Below, in pieces: positions 37,501-51,026 of a DNA stretch of 61,896 nt (positions within the stretch are counted from its first letter, which is position 1; the number at the start of each line of letters is the position of its first letter). This DNA comes from Trypethelium eluteriae. Taxonomy: Eukaryota. Where the stretch lies: contig JAVECL010000075.1 in assembly GCA_051942245.1 (NCBI GenBank), forward strand, positions 1-61,896. Reading direction: 5' to 3'. The translations under genes were made by a program, and so were the position numbers. The notes under the pieces were generated by a model. It worked only from the letters and a program-made list of their open reading frames with translations. It was not told the DNA's origin and did not search any database.

Positions 37501-40500
37501 GCACGCTTTGACGAAGTGGATCGAGTATTTTAATGGTTCGGAATCTTCAGCACAACGTCCTTCGAGTTCAGATCAAGAGCTTGCCGAAGAGCAAAAGTAT
37601 AAACCCTCTTTTCCACACCTGACCCATGAAATATCCATACGAAACCAAGTAATCTACCTCGAGCCGCCTTTAGACTTTGCCCGGGCCAGCTGGCTTTCTC
37701 AACTACAGAAATGGATGGGTGTTGCTTGTGATCTCAATCGAGTTCAGGCTTCGAGGTACGAACTGCGCGTCGACAGTTCGGCCGACTACGTGGCCAAAAG
37801 CTTTGCCAACCTACCGAGCAAGTGCGCCGAAACCTTAGGCCATGCTTATCAAGTGGTAGAAGACAAGCTAGGAGTTACCGGCTCATATGTGGAGGACTGG
37901 CTTCGATTTCAATCGCTATGGGACCTTCAAGGTGCTAATGTCTACGACGCATTGGGTGATGATCTATCAAATTGGCTACAATTACTTCAGGAAATTCGGA
38001 AGAGCCGGTCAACATTCGATACGTCTGAGCTGAGTCGCTCTTTTGGTCATATAACCATCGATTACGAACAAGTTCAGATGAAGGTCAATGCAAAGTACGA
38101 TCAATGGCAGCATGAAATCTTGGCAAAATTTGCGGGAAGATTGAGCAATCGCATGACCGAGATATATACAGAAATCGAAAAGGCGAAGCGGGACCTTGAA
38201 GGCCAGTCTCTGGAAGCATCGTCTACTGCACAGGCTGTCACTTTCATCACAATCGTGCAACAGAGCAAGCGCAAAGTCAAGGCCTGGGCTCCGGAAATCG
38301 ACATCTTCCGCCAAGGGCAGACGACTCTGTCACGCCAGAGATATTCATTTCCACCGGAGTGGCTGTACGTTGATCAGGTCGATCACGAGTGGGCAGCTTT
38401 GAACGAAGTTTTGGAACGCAAGAGCAAGCTAGTTCAAGACCAGACGGATGCGCTTCGTGCCAAGATCACTGCCGAGGACAAAGTCGTCAGCCAGAAGATT
38501 GCTGACATTCTCGTGCAATGGAACGATGAAAAGCCCGTGTCTGGAACAATCCCACCGAAAAAGGCGTCGGATATCCTTGCATCTTTCGATTCTCGGCTTA
38601 ATCAGCTTCAAACCCAATCTGAGATGGTGGCCAAAGCTAAAGAGGCTCTCGATCTGCCTGGCAGCGCTGGCAATCAATTGGCTGGAATACTTGAGGAGAT
38701 CCAAGACTTCAAATCGGTTTGGGCTGCTCTATCAACTATCTGGGATAGTATAGAAGAATTGCGAGATACGCCCTGGGCCAGCGTTCAACCCAGGAAGCTG
38801 CGGCACTCTTTAGATGATCTTATCAAAATGTCAAAGGAAATGCCGAGCCGTATGCGTCAATATGCTGCCTTCGAGTATGTCCAGTCTGTCGTTCGGCAGC
38901 TTCTGAAAGAGAACACCATCTTGTCGGAACTACGTTCTGATGCTATTCGCGATCGCCACTGGGAAAAGATCTATCAATCATTGAAGCCTCAGTCAAGGTA
39001 TTCGCGAGTATCCATGACCCTTGGTGATGTCTGGGATTTGAGGCTAGGTCCTAGCGAGCCTGTTATCAAAGAAATAATCCAGCAAGCTCAAGGCGAGATG
39101 GCACTCGAAGAGTTTTTGCGCCAAGTGCGAGAGATCTGGCAAAATTATCATCTCGAACTCGTTCAATACGGCACGAAAACGAAGCTCATCCGCGGCTGGG
39201 ACGACCTTTTTGCCAAATGCAGCGAGAATCTCAATTCGCTACAAGCCATGAGACACTCTCCGTACTACAAGCAATTCGAAGAGGAAGCATCGTCATGGGA
39301 AGACAAACTGAATCGCATTCATGTCCTCTTTGATGTGTGGATCGATGTTCAGCGCCAGTGGGTGTATCTCGAAGGCGTTTTCACAGGCAACGTAGACATC
39401 AAGCATTTGCTTCCCATCGAATCCTCACGCTTTCAGAACATCAACTCGGAGTTCATGGCTGTCATGAAGAAGGTCATGAAGTCTTCACTTGTCCTTGATG
39501 TACTCGGGATATCGGGCGTACAAAAATCTCTCGAGCGTCTCGCGGAGCTACTCAATAAGATTCAGAAAGCGCTGGGAGAATACTTGGAACGCGAAAGATT
39601 ATCATTCCCTCGATTCTACTTTGTTGGTGACGAAGATTTACTGGAAATCATCGGCAATAGTACAGATACAGCCCGAGTATCCAAGCATCTGCGGAAGATG
39701 TTCGCAGGTGTTGCCGCGCTTGTCACGGATGACGACTCAACAATTGCAGGTTTCCGGTCGAGAGAAGGCGAAGAGGTCCCATTGAAGAAATTTATTTCCC
39801 TTGCCAAAACCCCGAAAATCAATGAGTGGCTTGGTGCTCTCGAGCTTAATATGAAAATTGCTCTCTCGGAGCTTCTTGCGGAAGCCGTTGAGCAGTTGAA
39901 ATCTGTTCTGGCTGTGGAAAAAATTGATAGCGCTGGTTTCATGGATTTCTTGAGCAATTTTCCGGCCCAGGTGGTTGTTTTGGCGATGCAAGTCTGTTGG
40001 ACACTTGGTGTTGAAGATGCACTGTCTGGTGGTGGCTCGAGACTCGCTGCGCTTTACGAGCAAGAGGTCGCTATTCTTCGTTTGCTTGCTTCCGCTGTCC
40101 TAGGGGATCTGGAGGGCCTCATGCGAAAGAAATGCGAACATCTCATTACCGAATGTGTTCATCAACGCGACGTCATTGATAAACTGAAAAGTGTTGGTGC
40201 CGACTCAACGTCCCATCATCTCTGGCAATTGCAGATGCGATACGAGTACATCCCCAACGCCGAGCCTTTGAATCGAGTCCAGGTCAAGATGGCCAACGCA
40301 GTCTTGGAGTATGGTTTCGAATATCTGGGAGTGCCTGAACGTCTAGTCAGAACACCTCTAACGGACCGTTGCTTCTTGACGCTTACGCAAGCACTATGCC
40401 AACGTTTGGGAGGGTCACCGTATGGGCCTGCTGGTACCGGAAAGACTGAATCGGTCAAGGCTCTGGGCTTACAGCTTGGACGCTTCACACTCGTGTTTTG

Positions 40501-43500
40501 CTGTGATGATACCTTTGATTTTCAATCCATGGGTCGCATCTTCCTCGGGATATGCCAAGTGGGTGCCTGGGGCTGCTTCGACGAGTTCAATCGGCTTGAC
40601 GAGCGCATTCTGTCTGCCGTTTCGCAGCAAGTGCAAAATATCCAACAGGGTCTCCGAAGAGGAGCAGTTGATCCATCAACTCAGATCGAGCTTGTTGGAC
40701 GACAGCTCAAAGTCAATTCCAGTACGGGTATCTTCATCACGATGAATCCCGGGTATGCAGGACGTTCAAATCTTCCGGACAACTTAAAGAAACTCTTCCG
40801 CAGTGTCGCAATGTCAAAGCCGGATAAAGAGCTGATTGCTGAAGTCATGCTGTACTCTCAAGGCTTCTCGCAAGCGAAACCACTTTCTAGACAAGCGGTA
40901 CCTTTCTTCGACCGATGCTCCGCCAAGCTTTCAAAACAGGCGCATTATGATTTTGGTCTTCGTGCGTTGAAGAGCGTCCTGGTTAGTTCCGGTGGTCTGA
41001 AGCGAGCCCGCCTAATCAGTAATGAAAAAGGCCTGCAAGATGAGGATGTCATCGAGCCCCAGATCTTAGTCCAGAGTGTTCGGGAGACTATAGCTCCCAA
41101 ACTTGTCCGCGAAGATGTCGACCTGATGCAAAAAATCGAGGAAGAAACGTTCCCCAATGTCCAATATGTTCCAGCAGCTCTCGACAAACTCAAGCAAGCC
41201 ATCAGGGACACGGCGACAGAAAATAATCTCACCGTCACCGACGCGTGGCTTAATAAGGCTATCCAGCTTTATCAAATTCAAGGACTTCATCACGGTGTCA
41301 TGATGGTCGGCACTTCTGGCTCAGGCAAATCCTCGATCTGGAGGACGCTCTTGCAAGCTATGCAGCGAATTGAAAACGTGGAGGGCGTCTATCATATCAT
41401 CGATCCTAAGGTCATGTCGAAAGAGGCTCTGTACGGAAGCCTAGATAGCACGACCAGGGAATGGACTGATGGACTCTTCACAAGTATTTTGCGGAAGATT
41501 GTCGACAACCTGCGTGGAGAGGACACCAAAAGACACTGGATTGTTTTCGACGGAGACGTCGACCCGGAGTGGGTTGAGAATTTGAACAGTGTCCTGGATG
41601 ACAACAAGCTTCTAACGCTACCTAATGGAGAACGTCTCAATCTCCCATCAAACGTTCGCGTCATGTTCGAAGTCGAGACGCTGCGTTATGCGACCTTGGC
41701 TACAGTCAGTCGCTGTGGGATGGTGTGGTTCAACGACGATACCGTAACCACAGATATGATCCTTGCCAATTACTTGGACCGTCTTAAGGCAAGACCTCTT
41801 TCGGATCTCGAAGAAGAGGCTTTGTCGGCTGGTGAGTTGGCAGAGCAAGCACTGGCAATTCAGTCACAAGCCGCAGTCGTTTTAAAGACCCGGTTGACAG
41901 AAGGCGACCTCATGCCCAAAGCATTGCAAACAGCGCGTGAGTCTGGCCACATCATGGAATACACGGATATCCGAGCGCTCAATACCCTCTTCTCCCTGTT
42001 GAACAAAATATGTCGGTCTCTGATTGAGTACAATGCTCAACACACTGACTTCCCGCTTGACTCGGAGGCCGTTGAAGCATACGTTTCGAAGAAATTGCTG
42101 CTTGCTCTTACCTGGTCGTTCACCGGAGACTCTACACTCGACGATCGCAAAGCCTTTGGCCAGCTAGTAGCCGGTCTGTCCGTTGTCGATCTTCCACTGC
42201 TCGATGGCAACACTTCACTCATTGACTATGATGTTACGCTTCCAAGGGCTGAGTGGACACCTTGGCAATCCCAAGTCCCTAACATCGAGGTCAATACTCA
42301 CTCCATTACTCAGACAGATGTCGTCATCCCCACACTAGATACTGTTCGCCATGAGGATGTCCTGTACTCTTGGCTAGCGGAACACAAGCCGCTGCTCCTG
42401 TGTGGCCCTCCTGGTTCCGGAAAGACGATGACGTTGTTCAGTGCCTTGCGCAAATTACCAAGTCTAGAAACCGTCGGCCTCAATTTCTCCAGTGCAACAA
42501 CCCCAGATCTACTGCTAAAGACCTTTGACCAATATTGCGAGTACAGAAAGACCATGAATGGGGTGGTGCTTGCTCCAACCCAAGTCGGCCGTTGGCTTGT
42601 CGTCTTCTGCGACGAAATCAACTTGCCTGCCCCTGACAAGTACGGAACTCAGCGGGCGATATCTCTTCTCCGTCAACTCGTTGAGCACAATGGCTTTTGG
42701 CGGACGAGCGATCGGCAATGGATCACGTTGGAGCGCATACAATTTGTGGGAGCATGTAACCCTCCTACAGACGCAGGCCGTACACCATTGGGCCTTAGGT
42801 TCCTCAAACACGCGCCAGTCGTTATGGTGGGCTATCCGGGAGAAACCTCTCTACATCAGATTTACGGCACTTTCAATAATGCATGCTTGAAAGTCATCCC
42901 GTCGCTTCGTGGCTATGCAGAGCCACTGACGAAAGCGATGGTGCAATTCTATCTCGCCTCTCAGAAGCGCTTCACGCCAGCCATTCAGCCACACTACGTC
43001 TACTCGCCTCGTGAATTGACCAGATGGGTGCGAGGTGTTTATGAAGCCATTCGCCCTTTGGAAACTTTATCATTGGAAGGTTTAGTCCGAATCTGGGCCC
43101 ATGAAGCTCTGCGTCTTTTCTCGGACCGTCTCGTTGCCGAAGATGAGCGCAAATGGACCGATGCCCATGTGAAAGATGTCGCGCTTGAACACTTCCCAAT
43201 GATCGATCAAGACCAAGCTCTAGGGGGTCCGATCCTCTTCTCCAATTGGCTTTCGAAAAATTACATTTCTGTTGAACGCGAGCGATTGCGTGACTTTGTG
43301 AAAGCACGGCTTAAAACCTTCTGTGAGGAAGAAGTAGACGTACCACTGATTCTCTTCAACGATGTCCTAGAGCATGTACTCCGCATCGATCGGGTCTTCC
43401 GCCAACCTCAAGGCCATCTTATCTTGATCGGAGTAAGCGGCAGTGGAAAAACCACCCTGTCTCGCTTTGTGGCTTGGATGAATGGGTTGAAAGTATTCCA

Positions 43501-46500
43501 GATCAAGGTGCACGGGAAATATTCCTCCGAGGACTTTGACGATGACTTGCGAAATGTGTTGCGAGCGTGCGGAACCAAGGGTGAGAAGATTTGCTTCATA
43601 ATGGACGAGTCAAATGTGCTTGATTCCGGCTTCTTGGAGCGCATGAATACGTTGCTTGCCAATGCTGAAGTCCCTGGGTTATTTGAAGGCGATGAATTTG
43701 CCTCTTTGATGACCCAGTGCAAAGAAGGTGCTCAGCGTCAAGGTCTGCTTCTAGACTCCCAAGAAGAGCTCTACCGTTGGTTCACTCAGCAAATTGTCAA
43801 AAACTTGCATGTTGTATTCACCATGAATCCGCCAAAGGAGGGTCTTTCGTCAAAGGCCGCCACGAGTCCCGCCCTGTTCAATCGATGTGTGCTCAACTGG
43901 TTTGGCGACTGGTCCGACCAGGCGCTGTTCCAAGTCGGAAAAGAATTGACGCAGAACGTGGATCTTGATAGACCGAACTTTGTCACGCCGGATACAATAC
44001 CACTAGCTTATCGCGATCTTGCAGTCCCCCCATCTCATCGCGATGCTGTCATTAATGCTATGGTTTATATGCATTATTCTCTGCATACTTTTAACGATCG
44101 TCTGCACAAACAGCAGGGCAAGTCTACCTTCCTGACCCCACGACACTTCCTTGACTTTGTAGATCAATTCGTCAAGTTGTATGGAGAGAAGCGCGAGGAG
44201 CTTGAGGATCAACAACGACATCTCAACATTGGCCTGGAGAAGCTGAGGGAGACAGTCGATAAAGTCAGCGACCTCAGGAAGAGCCTGGCCGAAAAGAAGA
44301 CCCAGTTGGAGGGCAAAGACAAGGAGGCCAACGAGAAGCTGCAGAAAATGATAACGGACCAGCGTGAAGCCGAGCAGCGCAAAGCTGCCTCTTTGGAAAT
44401 CCAGTCAGCCTTGGAGAAGCAAGATAAGGAGGTCAAAGAGCGAAAAGACATTGTGCTTAATGACCTCGCCAACGCCGAACCTGCAGTCGAAGAAGCCCAG
44501 AAGAGTGTTAGCAACATCAAGCGTCAGCACTTGACAGAAGTCCGGTCCATGCAGAATCCACCTGCTGGTGTCAAACTTGCATTGGAGTCGGTCTGCACCC
44601 TTTTAGGTCACAAGGCTGTGGACTGGAGGGCTATCCAAGCCATCATCCGCCGTGATGACTTCATTGCCAGCATCGTCAATTACGACAATGAGAGGATGAT
44701 GACGAAAAGCCATCGTACCAAGATGCGGAGTGATTATCTCTCGAAAGATGACTTTACGTTCGAGAAAGTCAACCGCGCTAGTAAGGCCTGTGGTCCGCTT
44801 GTCCAGTGGGTAGAAGCTCAAGTCAACTACTCCGAAATCCTCGACCGCGTTGGCCCTCTACGCGATGAAGTTGCACAGCTCGAAGAAGCAGCCCTTCAGA
44901 CTAGGGCAGAGGCCCAGGCGACGGAGAATACCATTAAGCAACTTGAAGAGAAGATCGCCGTATACAAAGAGGAATATGCTGCGCTCATTAGCCAAACTCA
45001 ATCCATCCGAACGGAGATGACCCGCGTACAAAACAAGGTCGATAGATCGGTTCGATTACTTGACAGTCTTTCATCAGAGCGTGGGAGGTGGGAACAAGGC
45101 AGTACCTCCTTTGAAGCACAAATCGACACCATTGTGGGTGATGTTTTGGTTGCGGCAGGCTTTATCGCATACAATGGCTTCTTCGACCAGCAATACCGTA
45201 AGACGATGATGGAGGATTGGCTCCACCATTTATCGCTTTCGAACGTTAGGTACAAGCAGCACAATCCAATCACAGAGTACCTCTCGACAGCCGATGAAAA
45301 ATTCAGATGGCAAGAGAACGGATTGCCAGTGGACGACCTCTGTACCGAAAATGCCATCATCCTTAAGCGGTTTAACCGCTATCCGCTCATCATCGATCCT
45401 TCTGGACGCGTCATTGAATACATACAAAAGGAGTGCAGCGATCGCCGACTGACTGTCACAAGCTTTCTTGACAGTTCATTTACCAAACAGCTTGAAAGTT
45501 GTCTTCGGTTCGGAAATCCAATCCTAATTCAAGACGCGGAATACCTCGATCCAATTCTCACTCATGTCCTCAATAAGGAGTACCAGAAAACCGGTGGCCG
45601 TGTACTTATCCAGCTTGGCAAACAGGAAATTGACTTCTCCCCTTCATTCAAAGTTTTCCTCATGACTCGCGATCCCTCCGCCACATTTGCCCCAGATGTC
45701 TGCAGCAGGACAACATTCGTCAACTTCACCGTGACTCAGAGCAGCTTGCAGACTCAATCGCTCAACGAAGTTCTGAAATCCGAACGACCAGATGTGGACG
45801 AGCGCCGGTCGAACCTGATGAAGATGCAAGGTGAATTCAGTGTCCATCTCCGTCGTCTTGAGAAGCGTCTGCTTGAGGCTCTCAACCAATCTCAGGGTAA
45901 TATTTTGGACGACGACCACGTCATCGAGACTCTTGAGACACTCAAAAAAGAGGCCGCAGAAATTGCTGTAAAGGTTTCGGACACGGAAGGCGTCATGGCA
46001 GAGGTTGAACGAATCACCAAAGACTACGATGTCGTTGCGCGCTCTTGTTCCGCAATCTTCTCGACACTGGAGAAACTGCATTACATGAACCACTTCTACC
46101 AATTCTCACTACAGTACTTCCTCGATATTTTCAATGGTATTCTGCGACAGAGCAAAGAATCACTTCAGGAGACAAACCATCGCGCACGAATTGACGCCAT
46201 CCTAAAAGCGCTATTTGTAAGCGCGTACCAGAAGACGTGTCTCTCGCTCCTGCAGAAGGATCGTATCGTCCTTGCAATGCTGCTTGCTCAGGCTTCGCCT
46301 TATAAGATGAACAAGACACTTATCGACAATATCCTTGATAAAGATCTCGAAGGCGTCGACGTCTCAACTGAGCAGACTCGTAAAGACGAGGTCATGGCTC
46401 GTGCAGGCAAACATCCTGCTCTCAAGGACGGTCTAAAGGAATCTTCGGCTCCTGAATGGAGTGCCTTCTTGAGCGAAGAAGTGGCAGAGGTTCACATGCC

Positions 46501-47728
46501 AACAGCCTGGAAGAACGTCATTGAACCCCTCGACTGGCAACTCCGCGATCTCCTGCTCGTCAAACTTTTCCGCGTTGACCGCCTCATTCCAGCAACCGAA
46601 CACTTTGTTACTGAAGTCTTCGGAAAAGGTCTCCTCGACAGCGACAGCGACCTCGGCCGCATCGTCAACGAACTCCCCGCCGGCATGCCTTTGGCCCTCA
46701 CCTCCAGCCCAGGCTTCGACGCCAGCTACAAAGTCGACAACCTGGTCGAGACTGCAGGCGCAAAGTGCACCAACATCGCCATGGGCTCCAACGAAGGGCT
46801 CGCCAGCGCCGACTCCGCCGTCAGCAACGCCGCCGCCAACGGGTCCTGGGTGCTCGTCAAGAACGTGCACCTCACGCCTAGCTGGTTGCAGAGCCTGGAG
46901 AAGCGCATCGATTCGCTCAAGCCGCATCCGGATTTCCGCCTCTTCTTGTCGATGGAGACCAGCCCGAAGATTCCGGTTAATCTGCTGCGCGCCTCTCGGG
47001 TGCTGATGTTCGAACAGCCGGTCGGTATCAAAGCGAATATGCGCGACTCGTTTGGGCTGTCGTCGACTAGGGCGTCTAAGGCGCCGGTGGAGCGCGCACG
47101 CGTGTATTTGTTGCTTTCGTTCTTGCACGCTGTCATCCAGGAGCGGCTTCGCTATGTGCCAAAACTCGGGTGGAAGAAGGGATGGGAGTTCAATGATGCT
47201 GATGTAAGTACACCTCGCCTCTTTTCTCCTACATCATACTTAAGACCGACGATGCTAATCCTCTTTCCGCAATAGTTCGAATGCAGCGCTTTCATCGTCG
47301 ACCACTGGCTCGAAGCCGCAGCGCAATCTCGCACGAATCTTGCCCCCCGTGCCATCCCTTGGTCTCTCCTTACGACCCTCATTACCGAAATGTATGGCGG
47401 CAAAATCGATGATGCAGATGACTTTGCGGCTCTCACCACCCTCGTTAAGCAAGTCCTCACACCAGATGCCTTTGATGCCGACCACGACCTTGTACAGAGA
47501 GTCAGCGGTGAGGGCGAGAGTAAGTTGGTAATGCCGAGTGGCACGACTTGGACTGCGTTCATGGAGTGGCTCAATGGTCTACCAGAGCGGGAGCCTCCGA
47601 CATATCTGGGTTTGCCGGCGAATGCGGAGAAGGTGTTGCTGGTGGGGCAGGCGAAGGAGATGCTCGGAAAGTTGAAAATGGTGGTGGACATGCTAGATGA
47701 AGGGGAGCAGCTGAATGTCGATGCTTGA
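34595..47728 (+). CDS. nudA: cytoplasmic dynein heavy chain (~4336 aa)
   Basis: Four P-loops ([32 protein letters not shown]), CFDEFNRL, coiled-coil stalk and MTBD. Introns 34878-34928 and 47204-47275. Confidence 0.98.
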
Positions 47729-48042
47729 CATGACAAGGACGAAAACGGGATAAACAGAGGTGAAGAAGTTTCTCATACAGATGGGAAAGGAGAGAGGAGA
47801 TGAGACAGGCCATCATTCCAGATTTCTTATGTCCTTTTAGTTGGCTGTCGGTGGTTTCACGCCTTGACCACGTCGTTCAGGCGGGCGTCTTGCGGCGGAT
47901 CTGTTTCGTGAATTTGAATTTGGCTTCAGCGTGCATAGCAATGGCCAAGGCGTCGAGGTGGTTTGACACACACTATACCCAAGATTGCTTCCTTTTGTTG
48001 CCGGTTGCCTCTATGGAGATTTGCACAGATTGTACATCAGCG

Positions 48043-48057
48043 TATATATATATATAT
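48043..48057. repeat. (TA)n microsatellite
   Basis: Run of alternating TA between the convergent dynein and svf1 3' ends. Confidence 0.7.
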
Positions 48058-48665
48058 TTCAATTCCTCAACTGCGTTCAAACCACGGGCTACATTAGATA
48101 CGTAATGCACGCCAGTATCATATTTCTTGCAAGTACACGAGCTTTAATATAGGGTTGGACAATATTGATGACGTTCCTCAACTTCAAGTCTAGATTGTCA
48201 GCCCGCCTCAAGAGCATTGTTGAATCTATATCAAGTCCCAAAGACGCAGACCATCGCAGATGGCTTTCCCACGGTCCCCATATACCAGCTTGCTCCTCCA
48301 AATGACGATCTCTCCACTGGCTTTGAACAGCCAGGCACCGTGTCTCTTCACTTCTTGTTCACTCAGCCGTCACATCAGCGACATTTGTGAAGCCTTGTAC
48401 CATGCAGACCGATCATTTCCAGAGATGAGGCCTTCGCCACTTAATTTGATAAGCTTGCAATTGTAGGAAAGGCAGATGTTCATGGATGCTCGACTCTTGC
48501 ATAATTCTATGGAGCTTGTGCATTATACCTAATCCCCAAATTGAGTAGTGGGATCTGCGTGTAATATTACATGGGTATTCTATTGTATCAGCTGTTGTGG
48601 GCCAGCCCACGTGCCAGTATAGGCCACAGATCAAGACCAAGACGACTTCCGTGTGGCTCCGTGAA

Positions 48666-49991
48666 CTACGAGATGAAGGTGGCTTCAGAAAAGGCCCGGC
48701 CTTCCTCTTCCTTCTGCTGGCCATTTTCAGTGATCTTTAGTGTCAAGCGAGGCGCATACTATGCGGTGTTAGTCTGAGAAAAGTCGTGCAAAAAGCGTAG
48801 CTACGCACCTGGAAGATATATGGCTTCATGCCTACCGCACCAGCAACAAATTGTTTGACAAACCTTGGGACTTCACCCATGACGTCTATTCTATCCAGAC
48901 GCTCTCCAAGACTTCCAGTGAGCTCCGCGTCAAATCCACTGCCCTTCCATTCGAAGCACGCCGATCCAGGCTCTGGCCACCCGCTGTCGGGATCGCCCTT
49001 GATTGCGGTGTGTTTTGCACTGTTTGTGGCACCTGCATACAATATTTTTCCGTCGGTGACAATGCCCCCCACGTTGACTACCGTCGAACCGTAGGAGGGA
49101 GGAGTGGTATATTCCATCATGACCGCGGAGTATGTCGGGCTCTGAAAATTGACAAAATTCCATCGAGAGGCTATACATGTCAGCTTAGTCGCTTGGGGAA
49201 GGGACCATCTTGCAGAGTTATGTACCAGCGTGATGAGGTTTCATTCCCTGCAAGGCGTGGGCAAAGAAGCCGGTGTTGCCTGTAAAGTCTACCTCCCCAT
49301 CCTTTGTTACCATGCTACCCTCAACTTTGCATCGTGGCCAGAAGGCATGTTTCATGCTGCCCCAGGGATTCTTTGAATCTGGTCCGAAAAAGCTTGTCCC
49401 ATTCTTGCCAACTACAAAGCCGGGCGCGTTCCGTGTAACCGTGATATCCACCACGCAATCCGGATTTGTAGACGAGGTGATTCGGTAGGAATTTCCGTCT
49501 TCAGAGAGTTCTATGCCGCAGTTGTCTGCCTGAAAAGTGAATTTCTCTTCATCAAATGCCCAACCCTCGGCAGGATCGCAGCACCACAGGTTCGGCAGCT
49601 TCTGGTCTGGGTAAAAGATCTTGCTGTTGAACTGGGCGGTAGTTCGGATGCCTCTGATTTTTGGGTCAGGGTTCGCAATGTAAAGAAGTTCAGAGCCTAT
49701 CTCACCCTACATTGCTGTATATGACTTGGGCCATTCCGATATGACCCTGTTGTGACATGAAGTAGAAAGTATGGGTCTCGACGTTGGTAGAGTCCATGAT
49801 CGTCCATCTTAGATCCTCTTTTGTCATTTCCGTATACGGGACTTCTTTTGCTTGCTCCGTGACAGCTTGTATGGCTGATGGACCGTAAATAGGCTCTTCG
49901 GTGCCCACCACGTTCGCGAGCCTGGATCATTGTGAGAGGAGACCTCGAGTTTCTGCTGAAATTCATACTGTTGTTTCGCCCAGTTCATCAT
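48666..49991 (-). CDS. SVF1: survival factor 1 (Svf1) family protein, multi-exon
   Basis: [68 protein letters not shown] and terminal FSEATFIS*. At least four GT-AG introns. Confidence 0.9.
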
Positions 49992-50469
49992 CTTGCCGGT
50001 GTTCTTCTTTCTGGGTTTTGCGGATGTTGTGTTTGAGGCGTTCAAGTCGCGAAATGAATACTCTGGCTCTCATGAAACGCGAGGTTAGCTTCCGTAGAGT
50101 AAACGGAAATCTTGAATGACGTACGTGGGGTCAAATTACCTACTCTAAAGTATCGGATGTTTGAGCGCAGCTGAGTAATGATTCAACTTCCAATCGGCAT
50201 CGAAGAGGAGGAACTTGGAGGTTTATTTCAAAGTGCCTCCAGTGGCGGGCCTTGATAGAGATGTGATGCTTTTTGCTCACCGGAACGCTTGTCCTTTGAC
50301 ATCGGATGACTGCAAAGCCGTGCATTTTGAACACCACCCCTGGTATTGTAGACTCAATGGAAGAGTCCTTCTATTCTGCTAAATCTATGCATTACATGGA
50401 CATGGTACAGATCCGAACTTGCGAATATGAATGCATTTATAGCGCTGGGCACGACTTATTACTTATGTT

Positions 50470-51000
50470 TGCAGAGCTCTGGAGTATTGCGGCTGAAAAT
50501 ATCATCCTTAATAGTCTGTTCCACTGCACTACGTCTTTTGCCGCAAATGCGGTCGGCTTGCTCTCTTCAGCAAGCTCATACATCATCCTTCTTAAGGAAA
50601 TGATCTGAAACTTCACAGCTACCCTTGGTGTCAAGACAATCCCGCCGGACCGAATCACGTCCCCCTATATGATCCCTTGTGAACGAAGGCAAGAGCTACC
50701 AGCGCTGACTTTCGGTCTTCGTGGACATGAAGTAATAATCACCGCTTTCGAGTGCACTTTCGAAGTGGAATTGCTATACCCTTCGTTCGGCTCGGCCATC
50801 TACGTCACAATTCTCTGGTTCCCCAAGAATTTCAGATTTCGAGATGAAGATAGTTGTATAGTACTCGATACTCAATTCCTCAAAAGCTTCTATAGCATCT
50901 TTGACTTCGAGAGTAGAGTAATTGGACGGGAGTTCTTCAAGGATCTAATTGACGTACCCTTCACTGATCCGTGTCCGCAGTGGCCAGCGTGAAAAGGTAA
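50470..51000 (+). pseudogene. pepsin-like (A1) aspartic protease pseudogene, C-terminal lobe remnant
   Basis: LWSIAAENIIL..AVGLLSSASSYIILL (position of ILDTGTSLI), an in-frame TGA at 50606-50608, then IPCERRQELPALTFGLRGHEVIIT..IVLDTQFLKSFYSIFDFESRVIG. A relic intron 50928-50980 starts GGGAGT and leads to LASVKR*. Confidence 0.7.
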
Positions 51001-51026
51001 ATTCATCGTAGGAATCATCGAGGTAC

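Noticed and set aside
34997..47275. Intein or extra domain in the very long dynein ORF
   Set aside because: The length (~4336 aa) and motif order are normal for fungal cytoplasmic dynein, and I saw no intein signature.
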